Below, in pieces: positions 27,796-40,358 of a DNA stretch of 64,000 nt. The first letter of the stretch is position 1; every line of letters starts with the position of its first letter. This DNA comes from Macrostomum lignano. Lineage: Eukaryota. The notes beneath the pieces are model-generated. The model was given only the letters and a program-made list of their open reading frames with translations, made no database searches and was not told the origin of the DNA. The stretch lies in NCBI GenBank assembly GCA_002269645.1, contig NIVC01000144.1, forward strand, positions 58,062 through 122,061, given 5' to 3'. The translations under genes and the position numbers were made by a program.

Positions 27796-28589
27796 CGAGA
27801 ATCTTAAAATCCCAGCTACCTAATAAGAAATTTTGGTGCTACTAAAAGTAAAATTAAATGAATTTTCTGTTTAAAAACCCAACAACAGATAAGTGTTTCC
27901 ATATAACAAAAATAGTTGTACAGTACAAGATGCTGTGTATTATTTTTAAAGCGAGAACTTACCAGTTAGATGAATTATTTAATTCTGACCTACTGGGCAA
28001 CAGGCAAAATGCTGTATAAGTTCGTTCTCGATATTATTTCTTCTAACTGTTAATCTGTCATGCAGAATTGAAGAGCAACTGATTTTTGCATAAGGTAGTG
28101 TCGTCACTCGCTCCAAACCTCAAGCTCATGCACCCCAGCTGTTGGCGGTGAGTAACTTTACAAACCTACACAAGTCGTTACCAGCTTAAGAGCTGTGGTC
28201 GGGGTCTGTCACACACACTGACGACCAATCGGGTTGCAGTACAGGGTGTAGGCTTAAATACTTTAACAGAATTTCTTTTGCGTAGGGTGTTTGTTGAGCT
28301 ACTATAATAAGTTCTGCACACACAGACAGGCATGCACTGAGAGGGAATTGGAATATATTGATTTGCATTGGTTGGAATCGTACATTAGCCAACGAGACAG
28401 AACTCTGACTGACTGACTGCTCAGTCCCAAAACAGCCACTTGGAAATGGTCAAAATCAATGTACGTTGATTAAATTGTAGAAAAGCACAAACTATTAGGG
28501 TGGGAGTTCAAAATCTACTTTCAATTGGTGTTTTGTATGGACTGTCTTCAGCGCATTACCTCGTAGAGACACCCATAAGACTTGCGCTC

Positions 28590-29312
28590 TATGATCAATA
28601 AGTTTGGCGCTCTATGATCAATAAGATTGGCGCTCTATGATCAATAAGATTGGTGCTCTATGATCAATAAGATTGACGCTATATAATCAATAAGATTGGC
28701 GCTCTATGATCAATAAGATTGGCGCTCTGTGATCAATAAGATTGGCGCTCTGTGATCAATAAGATTGGCGCTCTATGATCAATAAGATTGGCGCTCTATG
28801 ATCAATAAGATTGGCGCTCTATGATCAATAAGACTGGCGCTCTATGATCAATAAGATTGGCGCTCTATGATCAATAAGATTGGCGCTCTTGATCAAAAAG
28901 ACTGGCGCTCTATGATCAATAAGACTGGTGCTCTATGATCAATAAGATTGGCGCTCTATGATCAATAAGACTGGTGCTCTATGATCAATAAGATTGGCGC
29001 TCTATGATCAATAAGATTGGCGCTCTATGATCAATAAGATTGGCGCTCTATGATCAATAAGACTGGCGCTCTATGATCAATAAGATTGGCGCTCTTGATC
29101 AAAAAGACTGGCGCTCTATGATCAATAAGACTGGTGCTCTATGATCAATAAGATTGGCGCTCTATGATCAATAAGACTGGTGCTCTATGATCAATAAGAT
29201 TGGCGCTCTATGATCAATAAGATTGGCGCTCTATGATCAATAAGATTGGTGCTCTATGATCAATAAGACTGGCGCTCTATGATCAATAAGATTGGCGCTC
29301 TATGATCAATAA
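28590..29312. repeat. 23-bp minisatellite (TTGGCGCTCTATGATCAATAAGA)
   Basis: Direct inspection. Confidence 0.93.
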
Positions 29313-29719
29313 GATTGTGACCCCGATCTGAGGAAACCAGTTGTAACTGGGTTGAGAGTAAATTTTGAGAGCAATTCTTTAGAATATTTACACAGCAACA
29401 AGAGCAAGCACGTGTTTGAGCAAAAAGCAATCTTCCATGGGTGCCTGAACTCCTCTTCGATTGCTCCTGCAGGTCCTGTGCCATTTGATCCCCCTACTCT
29501 GAGGATTCCGCGAGCCGCTCCTTTGATCTGTCGCTACTTGTTGCTGAGCGGTTATTAAAAATAATGAAAACGCGCTGCTCAAGCCACGAAAGCGAAGTAC
29601 TTTTTGAGCTGAATTCACTGCAGTTCAGTTTACTCACTGGGGGCGTTGCTCAAACCACTGCTTTTACTAAGAATACTCAGCATGAAACTGGCTGAGTACA
29701 TTTGCTTATGAGCATGGCT

Positions 29720-29721
29720 GC

Positions 29722-29753
<32 letters not shown>

Positions 29754-29754
29754 G

Positions 29755-29785
<31 letters not shown>

Positions 29786-29885
29786 GTGTCTGTCTGTCTG
29801 TCTGTCTGTGTGTCTGCCTGCCTGGCTGCCTGGCTGCCTGTCTGTCTGTCTGTCTGTGTGTCTGTCTGTCTGTCTTTCTGTCTTA

Positions 29886-29977
<92 letters not shown>

Positions 29978-31068
29978 GTGTCTGTCTGTCTGTGTGTCTG
30001 TCTGTCTGTGTGTCTGTCTGTCTGTGTGTCTGTCTGTCTGTCTGTCTTAGTGTCTGTCTGTCTGTCTTTCTGTCTTAGTGTCTGTATCTCTGTCTGTCTG
30101 TCTGTCTGACTTAGTGTCTGTCTGTCTGTCTGTCTATCTGTCTGTCTGTCTGTCTATCTGTCTGTCTGTCTGTCGTATTGCTGCATTGACAACCGAAATT
30201 AATGCCCGAGAGCCATCAGTCATGGGGACTCACATCAGTCAAAGGCAGGCTTGGCACCCCATTGCTGTTCCCCGGCTGCTCAGTTGATGATGAGGCTCGG
30301 TAGACGCAGCTTCCAAGACGGATGGCCTCGCCTGAGGTGATAAAATTGGGCCAGAGAGTCTGTGGCGAGTGTGTGCTGTCACACCTGCCTTACCCTCTCC
30401 TACCTCACTAGCTCCCCTGTCTACCTCAGTAGATCCCCTGTCTACCTCATTATAGCTCCCCTGTCTACCTCACTATCTCCCAGTCTAACTCACTATAGCT
30501 CCCCTGTCTACCTCACTATATCCCTGTCTACCTCACTATAGCTCCCCTGTCTACCTCACTATAGCTCCCCTGTCTACCTCACTATAGCTCCCCTGTCTAC
30601 CTCACTATAGCTCCTCTGTCTACCTCACTATAGCTCCCCTGTCTACCTCACTATAGCTCCCCCGTCTACCTCACTATAGCTCCCCTGTCTACCTCACTAT
30701 AGCTCCCCTGTCTACCTCACTATAGCTCCCCTGTCTACCTCACTATAGCTCCCCTGTCTACCTCACTATAGCTCCCCTGTCTACCTCACTATAGCTCCCC
30801 TGTCTACCTCACTATAGCTCCCGTGTCTACCTCACTAGCTCCCCTGTCTACCTCACTATAGCTCCCCTGTCTACCTCACTATAGCTCCCTGTCTACCTCA
30901 CTATAGGTCCCCCATCTACCTCACTATAGCTCCCCTGTCTACCTCACTATAGCTCCCTGTCTACCTCACTATAGCTCCCCCGTCTACCTCACTATAGCTC
31001 CCCTGTCTACCTCACTATAGCTCCCCTGTCTACCTCACTATAGCTCCCCTGTCTACCTCACTAGCTCC
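29720..31068. repeat. (TCTG)n tract (29720-30172) and 23-bp array CCTCACTATAGCTCCCCTGTCTA (30395-31068)
   Basis: Direct inspection. Confidence 0.92.
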
Positions 31069-32035
31069 CGTGTCCATTTACTAAAACCGAACAACTGAAC
31101 ATCCCGATGAACTTTTCCGCATAAGCCAGCCCAGTCAGACTTACCCAATCGGTTCCGTTTATCTCTGTAGGCAATTCTAATGCTATTAAAGTCTCGCCGA
31201 CTCTGGTACAGGTCCATATCTACAAATACCAATAATAACTCGCGGCTAACAAAAGTAACTATATTATTCTCTGTTAACTCTCCGTGTGGGAAAGTTTGCC
31301 AATGAAAGGAAAAAATTACTTGTCTATACAGCGCCGAAAGCAAATGTTCTCAAACTATTAAAGTCAGCCTGAAGCAAACATTGCAGCAAAAAAGAAATCT
31401 GCACGCCCCCTACTCCCCCAGTTTTTCAATTCTGTTTCTACCCAGCAAAGTGCATTCGAGCCGAGCCAACGAGAGCCAAGCAACCGCCGAGGCAGCAAAG
31501 AAACTGCAAAGCAAAAAAATGAGAAGAAAAAAACGATTAAGTTTTTGCCAACTCTCACCCCTCTCTCGCTGTGCGCAGGTCACACGGGGTGAGGGCTAGC
31601 GGCGCTGTGCAGTACTGCTCAAACTGAATTCCTACACAGCTCACTCCACCATATTTATTGTTCAACTGTGTACATCATTCCTCTGACAATATTTCTTTGC
31701 ACAAGAAGCCAAGGCTGACAAATGGTCAACTCAAAATTCATTTCTTATCTCTGCTACGAGTAACAGCGGGCCCACCCCGTTAGCCAAGCAACCGGTCTGT
31801 CAGTTTGCCAAGCTGCACTGTGCGACCCACTGTGCGATTGCAGGGCTTTATAGTTTCTGTTTGCTTGGGCAATGATTTGAGCAGTCCAATTGTGTGGCTA
31901 CTCTGTGCTCAGCAAGGTGTCACGCTTAAGATGGTGTTAAAGCGGGTGGGAGGCTGGTTGGTCAGAAACTGAGAACAGATTTTTTCCGTCGCGAGGGGCG
32001 ACACGGAAGCAAAAAAGAATGAACTGATGAAAGAA

Positions 32036-32089
32036 AAGATAGATAGATAGATAGATGAATAGATGGATAGATAGATAGATGGATAGATG

Positions 32090-32176
<87 letters not shown>

Positions 32177-32198
32177 GAATAGATAAATAGATAGATAC

Positions 32199-32274
<76 letters not shown>

Positions 32275-32285
32275 ATGGATAGATG

Positions 32286-32362
<77 letters not shown>

Positions 32363-32481
32363 ATGAATAGATAGATATATGGATGGATGGATAGATAGAT
32401 AGAAAGTTATATAGATAAATAGATAGATAGGTAGATAGATAAATAGATAGATAAATGGATAGATGGATAGATAGATAGATG

Positions 32482-32516
<35 letters not shown>

Positions 32517-32517
32517 G

Positions 32518-32577
<60 letters not shown>

Positions 32578-32586
32578 GATAGATAC

Positions 32587-32622
<36 letters not shown>

Positions 32623-32815
32623 GTAGATAGTAGATAGCGAGAAAGAGCGAGCGAAGCGAGCTCTTTCGAGCTTGCTTGCCGCAGCCAATCAAGCTGAATG
32701 CACGCACACAAGATCACCGGTCACAAGATTATCACAAGATTAAGACGCACACAAGATTATCCGATAGATAGATAGATAGATGGATAGATAGATAGATGGA
32801 TAGATAGATAGATTG
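32036..32815. repeat. (GATA)n microsatellite
   Basis: Direct inspection. Confidence 0.95.
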
Positions 32816-33249
32816 ATAGGTAAATACACAGATAGATCCTTAAGCAGTGGATCTTATCAGTTAATTTAATTTCATTACAAACGTAATAAACTTACAGTAA
32901 TTAGCTAGGCGTTGCTTTGATTCACTGATCCGATGTGCTTTAAATTATTTAGCAGAAATCTAAATTTTGTTAAATTAGTTTGACACAGTGCTGCAGTTTA
33001 TTTTTTAAAACTTCTATAGGAAAAGTGAATGCCCGTTTTAAGCCAAATAAATATTTAATCCGATCTTGGTTACTGTCTTGCGGTTTCCAACGAGGTCAGT
33101 TGCGGGTTCTGAATTTGTATTTTCTGAGTTCACGAGACTAAAGGCGTCAAAGTTAAGTAGAATGAGTCGTTGGGTTCTGTTCAGACTGAGATGGTGAAAG
33201 GCAGACAAGAAACTTAATGCTAAACAGGATTGGCTGTTAAACAAAGAAA

Positions 33250-34262
33250 TCTGTTAGACAGGGGAATCTGTTAGACAGGGGGAATCTGTTAGACAGAGGG
33301 GAATCTTTTAGACAGGTGGAATCTGTTAGACAGGGGAATCTGTTAGACAGGGGAATCTGTTAGACAGGGGCAATCTGTTAGACAGGGCAATCTGTTAGAC
33401 AGGGCAATCTGTTAGACAGGGGGAATCTGTTAGACAATGGAAATCTGTTAGACAGGGGAATCTGTTAGACAGGGGAATCTGTTAGACAGGGGAATCTGTT
33501 AGACAGGGGGGAATCTGTTAGACAGAGGAATTTGTTAGACAGAGGGGAATCTGTTAGACAGGGGGAATTTGTTAGACAGGGGAATCTGTTAGACAGGGGA
33601 ATCTGTTAGACAGGGGAATCTGTTAGACAGGGGAATCTGTTAGACAGGGGAATTTGTTAGACAGAGGGGAGTTTGTTAGACAGAGGGGAATTTGTTAGAC
33701 AGAGGGGAATCTGTTAGACAGGGGAATCTGTTAGACAGGGGAATCTGTTAGACAGGGGAATTTGTTAGACAGATGGGAATTTGTTAGACAGAGGGGAATT
33801 TGTTAGACAGAGGGGAATCTGTTAGACAGGGGGGAATTTGTTAGACAATGGAAATCTGTTAGACAAGGGGGAAACTGTTAGACACGGGGGAATCTGTTAG
33901 ACAATGGAAATCTGTTAGACAGGGGAATCTGTTAGACAGAGGGGAATCTGTTAGACAGGGGAATCTGTTAGACAGGGGAATCTGTTAGACAGAGGGGAAT
34001 CTGTTAGACAGAGGGGAATCTGTTAGACAGGGGGAATCTGTTAGACAATAGAAATCTGTTAGACAGGGGAATCTGTTAGACAGAGGGGAATCTGTTAGAC
34101 AGGGGAATCTGTTAGACAGGGGAATCTGTTAGACAGAGGGGAATCTGTTAGACAGAGGGGAATCTGTTAGACAGAGGGGAATCTGTTAGACAGGGGAATC
34201 TGTTAGACAGAGGGGAATCTGTTAGACAGAGGGGAATCTGTTAGACAGAGGGGAATCTGTTG
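33250..34262. repeat. 17-20-bp array (GACAGGGGAATCTGTTA)
   Basis: Direct inspection. Confidence 0.93.
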
Positions 34263-34609
34263 GAAAAGACACTGTAACAGGTTAGCCAAGAGGACAAAGG
34301 CCAAACAAAATGAATAAAAGTACAAATTAGGGGAGACATCTTAACGCACACAAGTTTGCAAAAACTAAAAATTATATTTTTCACGTGTAAATATCTCTAC
34401 TTATATATACTAATGATACTGCTACTAAGTAGAAAAAGTAGGCCCTACTTCGAAAACTGAACTGAAAATAAAAATAGGTTTTGATAATGATATTGAGCAA
34501 TTCTGCAGGCTCTTGCAGTGCAGTCCTCTCTGCGTTCACTGAGTTCAATAAAAAACAAATTTAGTACGCAGGTGTCAGTTCAGTTGCTTCCGTGATCCTG
34601 AAAGTTAAA

Positions 34610-35974
34610 TTAGGAATTTTTAGTCGAGTAGCACCGAGCGATGTGCTCTTGCATGCACTCGATCACGGAGTCCGGGATCACCAAGCAGAAGCTCTCCTTC
34701 GGAAGTTTAGCCAGACGAACTTTCGCCACGGCAATGCAAGTAGCGGCTCGGCCTTCGTCCAGTACGAGAGCTCGTTCGCCGAAAAACTCGTTCTGATGCA
34801 TCCGCTTCACCTGTTTGGAGTCGATCAGGACGTCAACTTCGCCGTCCATGATAAAGTACATCGCGTCACCCGGATCGCCCTGTAATGCAAGCGTGTTTGG
34901 AGTGATTGGGTCAGCCCACGCGTTCTCCGGGGTGTCAGCTAAGGGGCGCCAACTACAGAGGGGCGCCAGCTACAGAGGGGGCGCCAGCTACAGAGGGGGA
35001 AGCGCCAGCTACAGAGGGGGCGCCAGCTACAGAGGGGCGCCACAGAGGGGCGTCAGCTACAGAGAAGGGGCGCCAGCTACAGAGGGGGCGCCAGCTACAG
35101 AGGGGGCGCCAGCTACAGAGGGAGCGCCACAGAGGGGCGCCAGCTACAGAGAAGGGGCGCCAGGCGCCAGCTACAGAGGGGGCGCCAGCTACAGAGAAGG
35201 GGCGCCACAGAGGGGCGTCAGCTACAGAGGGGCGCCACAGAGGGGCGTCAGCTACAGAGAAGGGGCGCCAGCTACAGAGGGGGCGCCAGCTACAGAGAAG
35301 GGGCGCCAGCTACATATAAATGTTCACCAATTTGCAGTTAGGAAAACAATGATTAAAAAAACTCTCTCACCTGACGACAAATGACATCCCCCGAATGCAG
35401 AGTGATCACTTCAATCGCGTCAATCAATCGATTGGTAAGAGAAGGAGACAAATTGTCTCTAAACAGCGGGATGGCTTTTATCACCTGTTCAAATCGCTCA
35501 GCATTGACGATGGCGCGTTGTTTGCGCAGCCAGCCGTTTCGAAGGGCGTCCAGCACCCACAGGGAGCCGCTGGACTGCGCCACAATGTTAGCAGCCCTGG
35601 GAGCGTGGTTTATTAACGCCAGCTCGCCTGCGGGGTGACGGATTGGGAGCTGAAGATTAGCCGGCGGTTTCTTAGAAATCATAGTTTCAGACTGTGTGAC
35701 ATTTCAGTGTCAGATTTGTGACATTTCAGTGTCAGACTGTGTGGCATTTCAGTGTCAGACTGTCGAAGAGATAAAAACTTTCTAAGCAAACGATCAGCCG
35801 TTAAGGTTTCTTGTTTTAGAGAAAAAATGCAATTGAAAGTTAATTAACAAACTAGCTAGTCAGTAGGTAAGTAAGTAAGTAACTAACAAACTGACTAACT
35901 AACTAACTACCTAACTACCTAACTGATCAACTACCTAACTAACTAACTAACTAACTACCTAACTGACTAACTAC

Positions 35975-36025
<51 letters not shown>

Positions 36026-37544
36026 CCTAACTAACTAACTACCTAACTAACTAACTACCTAACTAACTAACTACCTAACTACCTAACTGACTATCTACCT
36101 ATCTAACTAACTACCTAACTACCTAACTGATCAACTACCTAACTAACTAACTAACTAACTACCTAACTGACTAACTACCTAACTAACTAACTACCTAACT
36201 ACCTAACTGACTATCTACCTATCTAACTAACTACCTAACTACCTAACTGACTAACTACCTAAATAACTAACTAACTAACTAACTTAGTAAATAACTAACT
36301 AACCAACTAGCGGAATAACTAACTAACCACTGAACTAACTAACTACCTAACTAACTAACTACCTAACTACCTAACTGACTATCTACCTATCTAACTAACT
36401 ACCTAACTACCTAACTGACTAACTACCTAACTAACTAACTAACTACCTAACTAACTAAATAACTAACTAACTGACTGAATAACTATCTAACTACCTAACC
36501 AACTAACTTAGTAAATAACTAACTAATTAACCAACCAAATAACAAACTAACTAACATGCACTCTCACCAAAGTAGCCATCCCCGTCATAGCTGCGCACAG
36601 TGATCTGCTGCCCATTACTAGCGGGCACCGTGCACTTAAACTGGCCAGTGTTCACCACATAAAAGGCGTCCCCAGGTCCGCCAAATTCAATCACGACATC
36701 GCCTGGTTCAACTTTGCGGTTGTACATGTAGCTGGCGACCAGCTGCAGGCTCATGGGGGATGATGGTGGATGAAAATGGTATTATGCAAAAACTGGTTGG
36801 CTAATATTAAAAGTGGTATCATATAAACAAATCATAAATTTTTGTCAACAAAGCTTAGCAAAGCAGTAGTCTAGCTCTTAGGCCTTAGCAGTAGGCCTAG
36901 TCTCGATTCCAAATGCAGTCATCCCATTAACTTTGGGGCTAAACTGGAAACTCAGCTTGAGTCTGCTTGTGAAATTGCCACAGTACATGCCTAACGATAA
37001 ATAAAGTGAGGTGTGTGCCTATGCGTATGACTGCGTACGTATCTGCGCGCTCGTGTGCCTGCTGGAGGGGCAGTAATGCCTCTAGCCGGTTGTGTGACAA
37101 TGTCGCTTAAAGTGCGCCAGGGTGCACAAACACCCTCACCTGCAGTTCTTCAACGTCGTATCCTTCAAACAGCACCACAGTTCGAATATTCCGAACAATC
37201 TTATCAATATCATCAGCCGATTTCGTGAAATCTTTGCCAGTGTCAGCAAAGTCGCTCTCGTTCAATTCCTCCATGTCCACGGCTGAGATGACACTCCTGC
37301 GAGTGGTTCGAATCTCGTAAGGCGTCTCCGTGGACGGTGGAGGCAGTGTCGGGTCGCATTCGTCGATGACAAACTGCGGACAGGAGCTCTCGGCTTCGGA
37401 CGGAGGCTGCTCTGCGCTGTTATAGTTGAACAATGGGCTATCGATGACGTCATCGTCAGAGGAATCGCTTTGATTGGCTGGTTGTGCTATGTCCACAGTC
37501 TGATTGTGAGACACAACTGGAGCTGATGGAACAGAAGCTTGCAT
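34610..37544 (-). CDS. PRKAR: cAMP-dependent protein kinase regulatory subunit-like protein, 368 aa, 4 exons
   Basis: join(37544-37140, 36742-36568, 35627-35371, 34879-34610) = 1107 nt, in frame. Inhibitor-site-like RRSVISA; two CNB domains with phosphate-binding cassettes FGELALINHAPRAANI and FGERALVLDEGRAATC. The RA (not RT) cassette indicates cAMP preference. Confidence 0.88.
34942..35312. repeat. GGGGCGCCAGCTACAGA array inside PKA-R intron 3
   Basis: Direct inspection. Confidence 0.9.
35865..36555. repeat. (CTAA)n/CTAC compound microsatellite inside PKA-R intron 2
   Basis: Direct inspection. Confidence 0.93.
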
Positions 37545-37889
37545 TGTTAAATATTTAATTCACTAATAACACTAAGAGTCGATATATAGATTCAATGCAG
37601 TATTAATCGCAATAGAAATTAGAAGTCAAACTTCAATGCAATACATGTTTAACTGATTCCGACCATAGACTACGAATGCGGTTTGAATCATGGAGTTCTA
37701 AAAAAACGACTTGAGTTGAGGTCAAACAGAATTGTGAACCTTGGCGCTGGAAATAGACAAACGATATTCAAGGTCTTGTCATTTTCAAATATATAACGCA
37801 AAGGGAACAAAAGTTTACTGAAGATATGTTACATGAAAACGATAAAAGCTTTGTTAATTGCACACTTCGGCGACAAAATTGTCTAACGC

Positions 37890-38330
37890 GTCACACCCGT
37901 ATCTAACTGGTCTCACACCCAAATCTAACAGGTCTCACACCCGTATCTAACAGGTCTCACACCCGTATCTAACAGGTCTCACACCCGCTGGAATTAAGGC
38001 TTCTGGAATCGTGTCTGCTGGAGTCGTGTCTGCTGGAATCGGGGCTGCTGGAATCAAGTCTGCTGGAATCGGGGCTGCTGGAATCAAGGCTGCTGGAATC
38101 CTCGAGGCTGCTGGAATCGAGGCTGCTGGAATCGGGGCTGCTGGAATCGAGGCTGCTGGAATCGGAGCTGCTGGAATTGAGGCTGCTGGAATCGGGGCTG
38201 CTGGAATCCTCGAGGCTTCGGGAATCAAGGCTGCTGGAATCGTGTCTGCTGAAATCAAGGCTGCTGGAATCGTTTCTGCTGGAATCAAGGCTGCTGGAAT
38301 CCTCGAGGCTGCTGGAATCGAGGCTGCTGG
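37890..38330. repeat. 22-bp repeats (37890-37985) followed by ~18-bp GCTGCTGGAATC repeats
   Basis: Direct inspection. Confidence 0.85.
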
Positions 38331-38369
38331 CGCCCGTGCCAAATTCAGTGAAAGAGCCAATAGATAAGG

Positions 38370-39102
38370 GAAGCCAGGAGAGCGCTGAGATAGTAGAAGT
38401 TACAAATAAGGGAGGCCAGAAGAAAGCTAAGCATTTAAATAGAAAAAAAATCAGCAAGAGGTAGGACAATCAAGAAAGGAAAGCCATACCAGAAAAAATA
38501 GATTAGAGAAGCCAATTATCGAATTAGAATCTGAAGAAGAAAGCTCGGATGAAGAATACCCGAATTGGTTCTGCAAAATTCGTGAAAATGAACAATCGGT
38601 ACATGAGAATGAATCAGAGCTAGAAGCCGAGACAGAAGCTGAGATAGAAAATAATATGCAACATGAGAGCCTAGCGGAAGAAGAGATGGAGAGGTCAGAG
38701 AGAGAGAGAGGGAGGAGAAGTGGCACCGGCATACACCACTAAACCACCCTTGCCACAGGCAATTGCACCAACACGAGTGTCAGCATCAGCAGTACCACGA
38801 CACCGAGTTGAGGCAGTCGCCGGAAGCGCTCAACTGGAGCTGCCCGCCGCACCAGAGTACCGGAGGACGGCGCAGCAGGTTCAGCAGCACCCCCAGATGG
38901 AATTAGGTGCGAATTTCTCGGCCATCTTGAACTCCATCCCGAGGCAGCGCCACGATTACTACAAATATTTGATCGGGCAGTTAAAAGGCTATCTATATCG
39001 TGTGGCCTTGCTTCGCCTAGATGGCAGGGGATTCATGCCTCAGGCTGCCGAGCCAAAGGAGGTCATCAAAACGCTGCGGCGAGAATTCACCTTTGAGCAA
39101 AG
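38370..39102 (+). pseudogene. Fragment of an older retrotransposon gag-like ORF, interrupted by the Gypsy LTR
   Basis: Acidic/Pro-rich stretch, then KYLIGQLKGYLYRVAL...EVIKTLRREF (gag-like); frameshift near 38715; cut exactly at the TG of the LTR at 39103. Confidence 0.4.
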
Positions 39103-39419
39103 TGTAGTGACTGGCTGCTAACTGGCTATTCAGCAGCATTCACTAGCTTTCCTTAAGAGTTGCTGTGGTCCGCTGCACAGTAGCTCAGTCCACCTGATCG
39201 AGTGAGAGAGAGATACCCTGTGCTGGGTCTAAGTGTGTACTGCCCGATGACTCATCGCCTGAGCAGGCGTGGGCAGCCACACTCAATGTCTTCCCACTCG
39301 CGCTGCGAGGCGTACCCGTACGATACAGTAGAGGATTTAATTTTAGGGATGACTCAGGAGATGAGGAAGAAGATCCATTTGCAGGACTCAACAACCTCGG
39401 ACGCGACACCAACCCGGAC

Positions 39420-40358
39420 ATGATCCGCATGATGCTGCAGGCCATGCAACGTCAGCTTGATCTACAGCCTAAGAAGCAGGTCAAGATGAAGAGCTATACG
39501 CCATCGCAGGACATCCGCGTTTGGTTAAAGGCTTTCGACCTACGATGCGAAGCAGAAGATCTACAGGATGAAAACGATAAGAAGGCCCAATTGCTGGCGA
39601 ATTTAGACTTAAATTCAGCCTACGCCGCGGTACTTCGCATGAGGCTGCCCGACCGCATCAGCTATCAACAGCTTCAGCAACGACTAATAGAGAGATTTTC
39701 ACGACTCTCTGGACCAGACGAATATCGAGAAGAACTCAGAGGCCGCAGCCAGCGCAAGAACGAATCAACGGAAGATTACGCAGATGCTCTGCAGGAGCTA
39801 GGAGAGCAAGCCTTCCCTTGGCTTGAGCCTCGCCATCTAGAGCAAGAACTGATTGACCAGTTCCTGCGCGGGATTCGCACGTCATCAGACTGCCGCGAGA
39901 AACTTTTCTGGATCCGACCTACGACACTCAGCAAAGCCTTGCGAGCACTGAAAAGGATGGAACTAGTCAAAGACCTGGCTCATCGTTCGAAAGAGCCCCC
40001 GGTCAGAATGTTGGACGGGGAGGGACAAGCCTCAAAGGAGCCCAACAACAGCGCCCTTTCGAAGTTGGAAAAAGTCGTTGAGCAGCAGCAGCATCTACTT
40101 AACACGTTGGCATAGCAGGCCACAGCCAATCAAGTGATCGGTCAAGCGAACCGACCGCCGCACTACACGTGCTATGAGTGTCATCAAGAAGGACACAAGG
40201 CGAGAGATTGTCCGTATAGACGCCAATCAACTCAGCAGTTTACGGGAAACGGCCGGCCGGAGGACGTAAACGGCAACGCCCCCGAGCTCCAGCCCAGGCT
40301 ATGCAGCCGACACCGAACACGCCCCGGAAGAGTATGGCCCCGCAGCCGCGGCAGCTGA
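39420..40358 (+). pseudogene. gag: Gypsy gag with in-frame TAG (40113-40115) before a CCHC zinc knuckle
   Basis: Retrotransposon Gag core (QRKNESTEDYADAL); CYECHQEGHKARDC in the same frame after the stop. Confidence 0.85.

Noticed and set aside
30395-31068. CTCACTATAG (T7 promoter core) in every unit of a 23-bp array
   Set aside because: The upstream TAATACGA half is absent and the context is a diverged genomic minisatellite; a coincidental match, not vector contamination.
35865-36555. TTAG/TTAGG-like tract as an interstitial telomere
   Set aside because: It is mostly (CTAA)n with CTAC variants; there is no run of TTAGGG or TTAGG units.
40113-40115. Programmed read-through at the gag TAG
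   Set aside because: It lies upstream of the zinc knuckle in an otherwise decayed element; a CAG-to-TAG nonsense change is the simpler explanation.
40244-40250. GGGAAAC slippery heptamer as the Gypsy gag-pol -1 frameshift site
   Set aside because: In this copy the -1 frame hits a stop near 40376 and pol lies in the +1 frame; the mechanism cannot be settled without intact copies.
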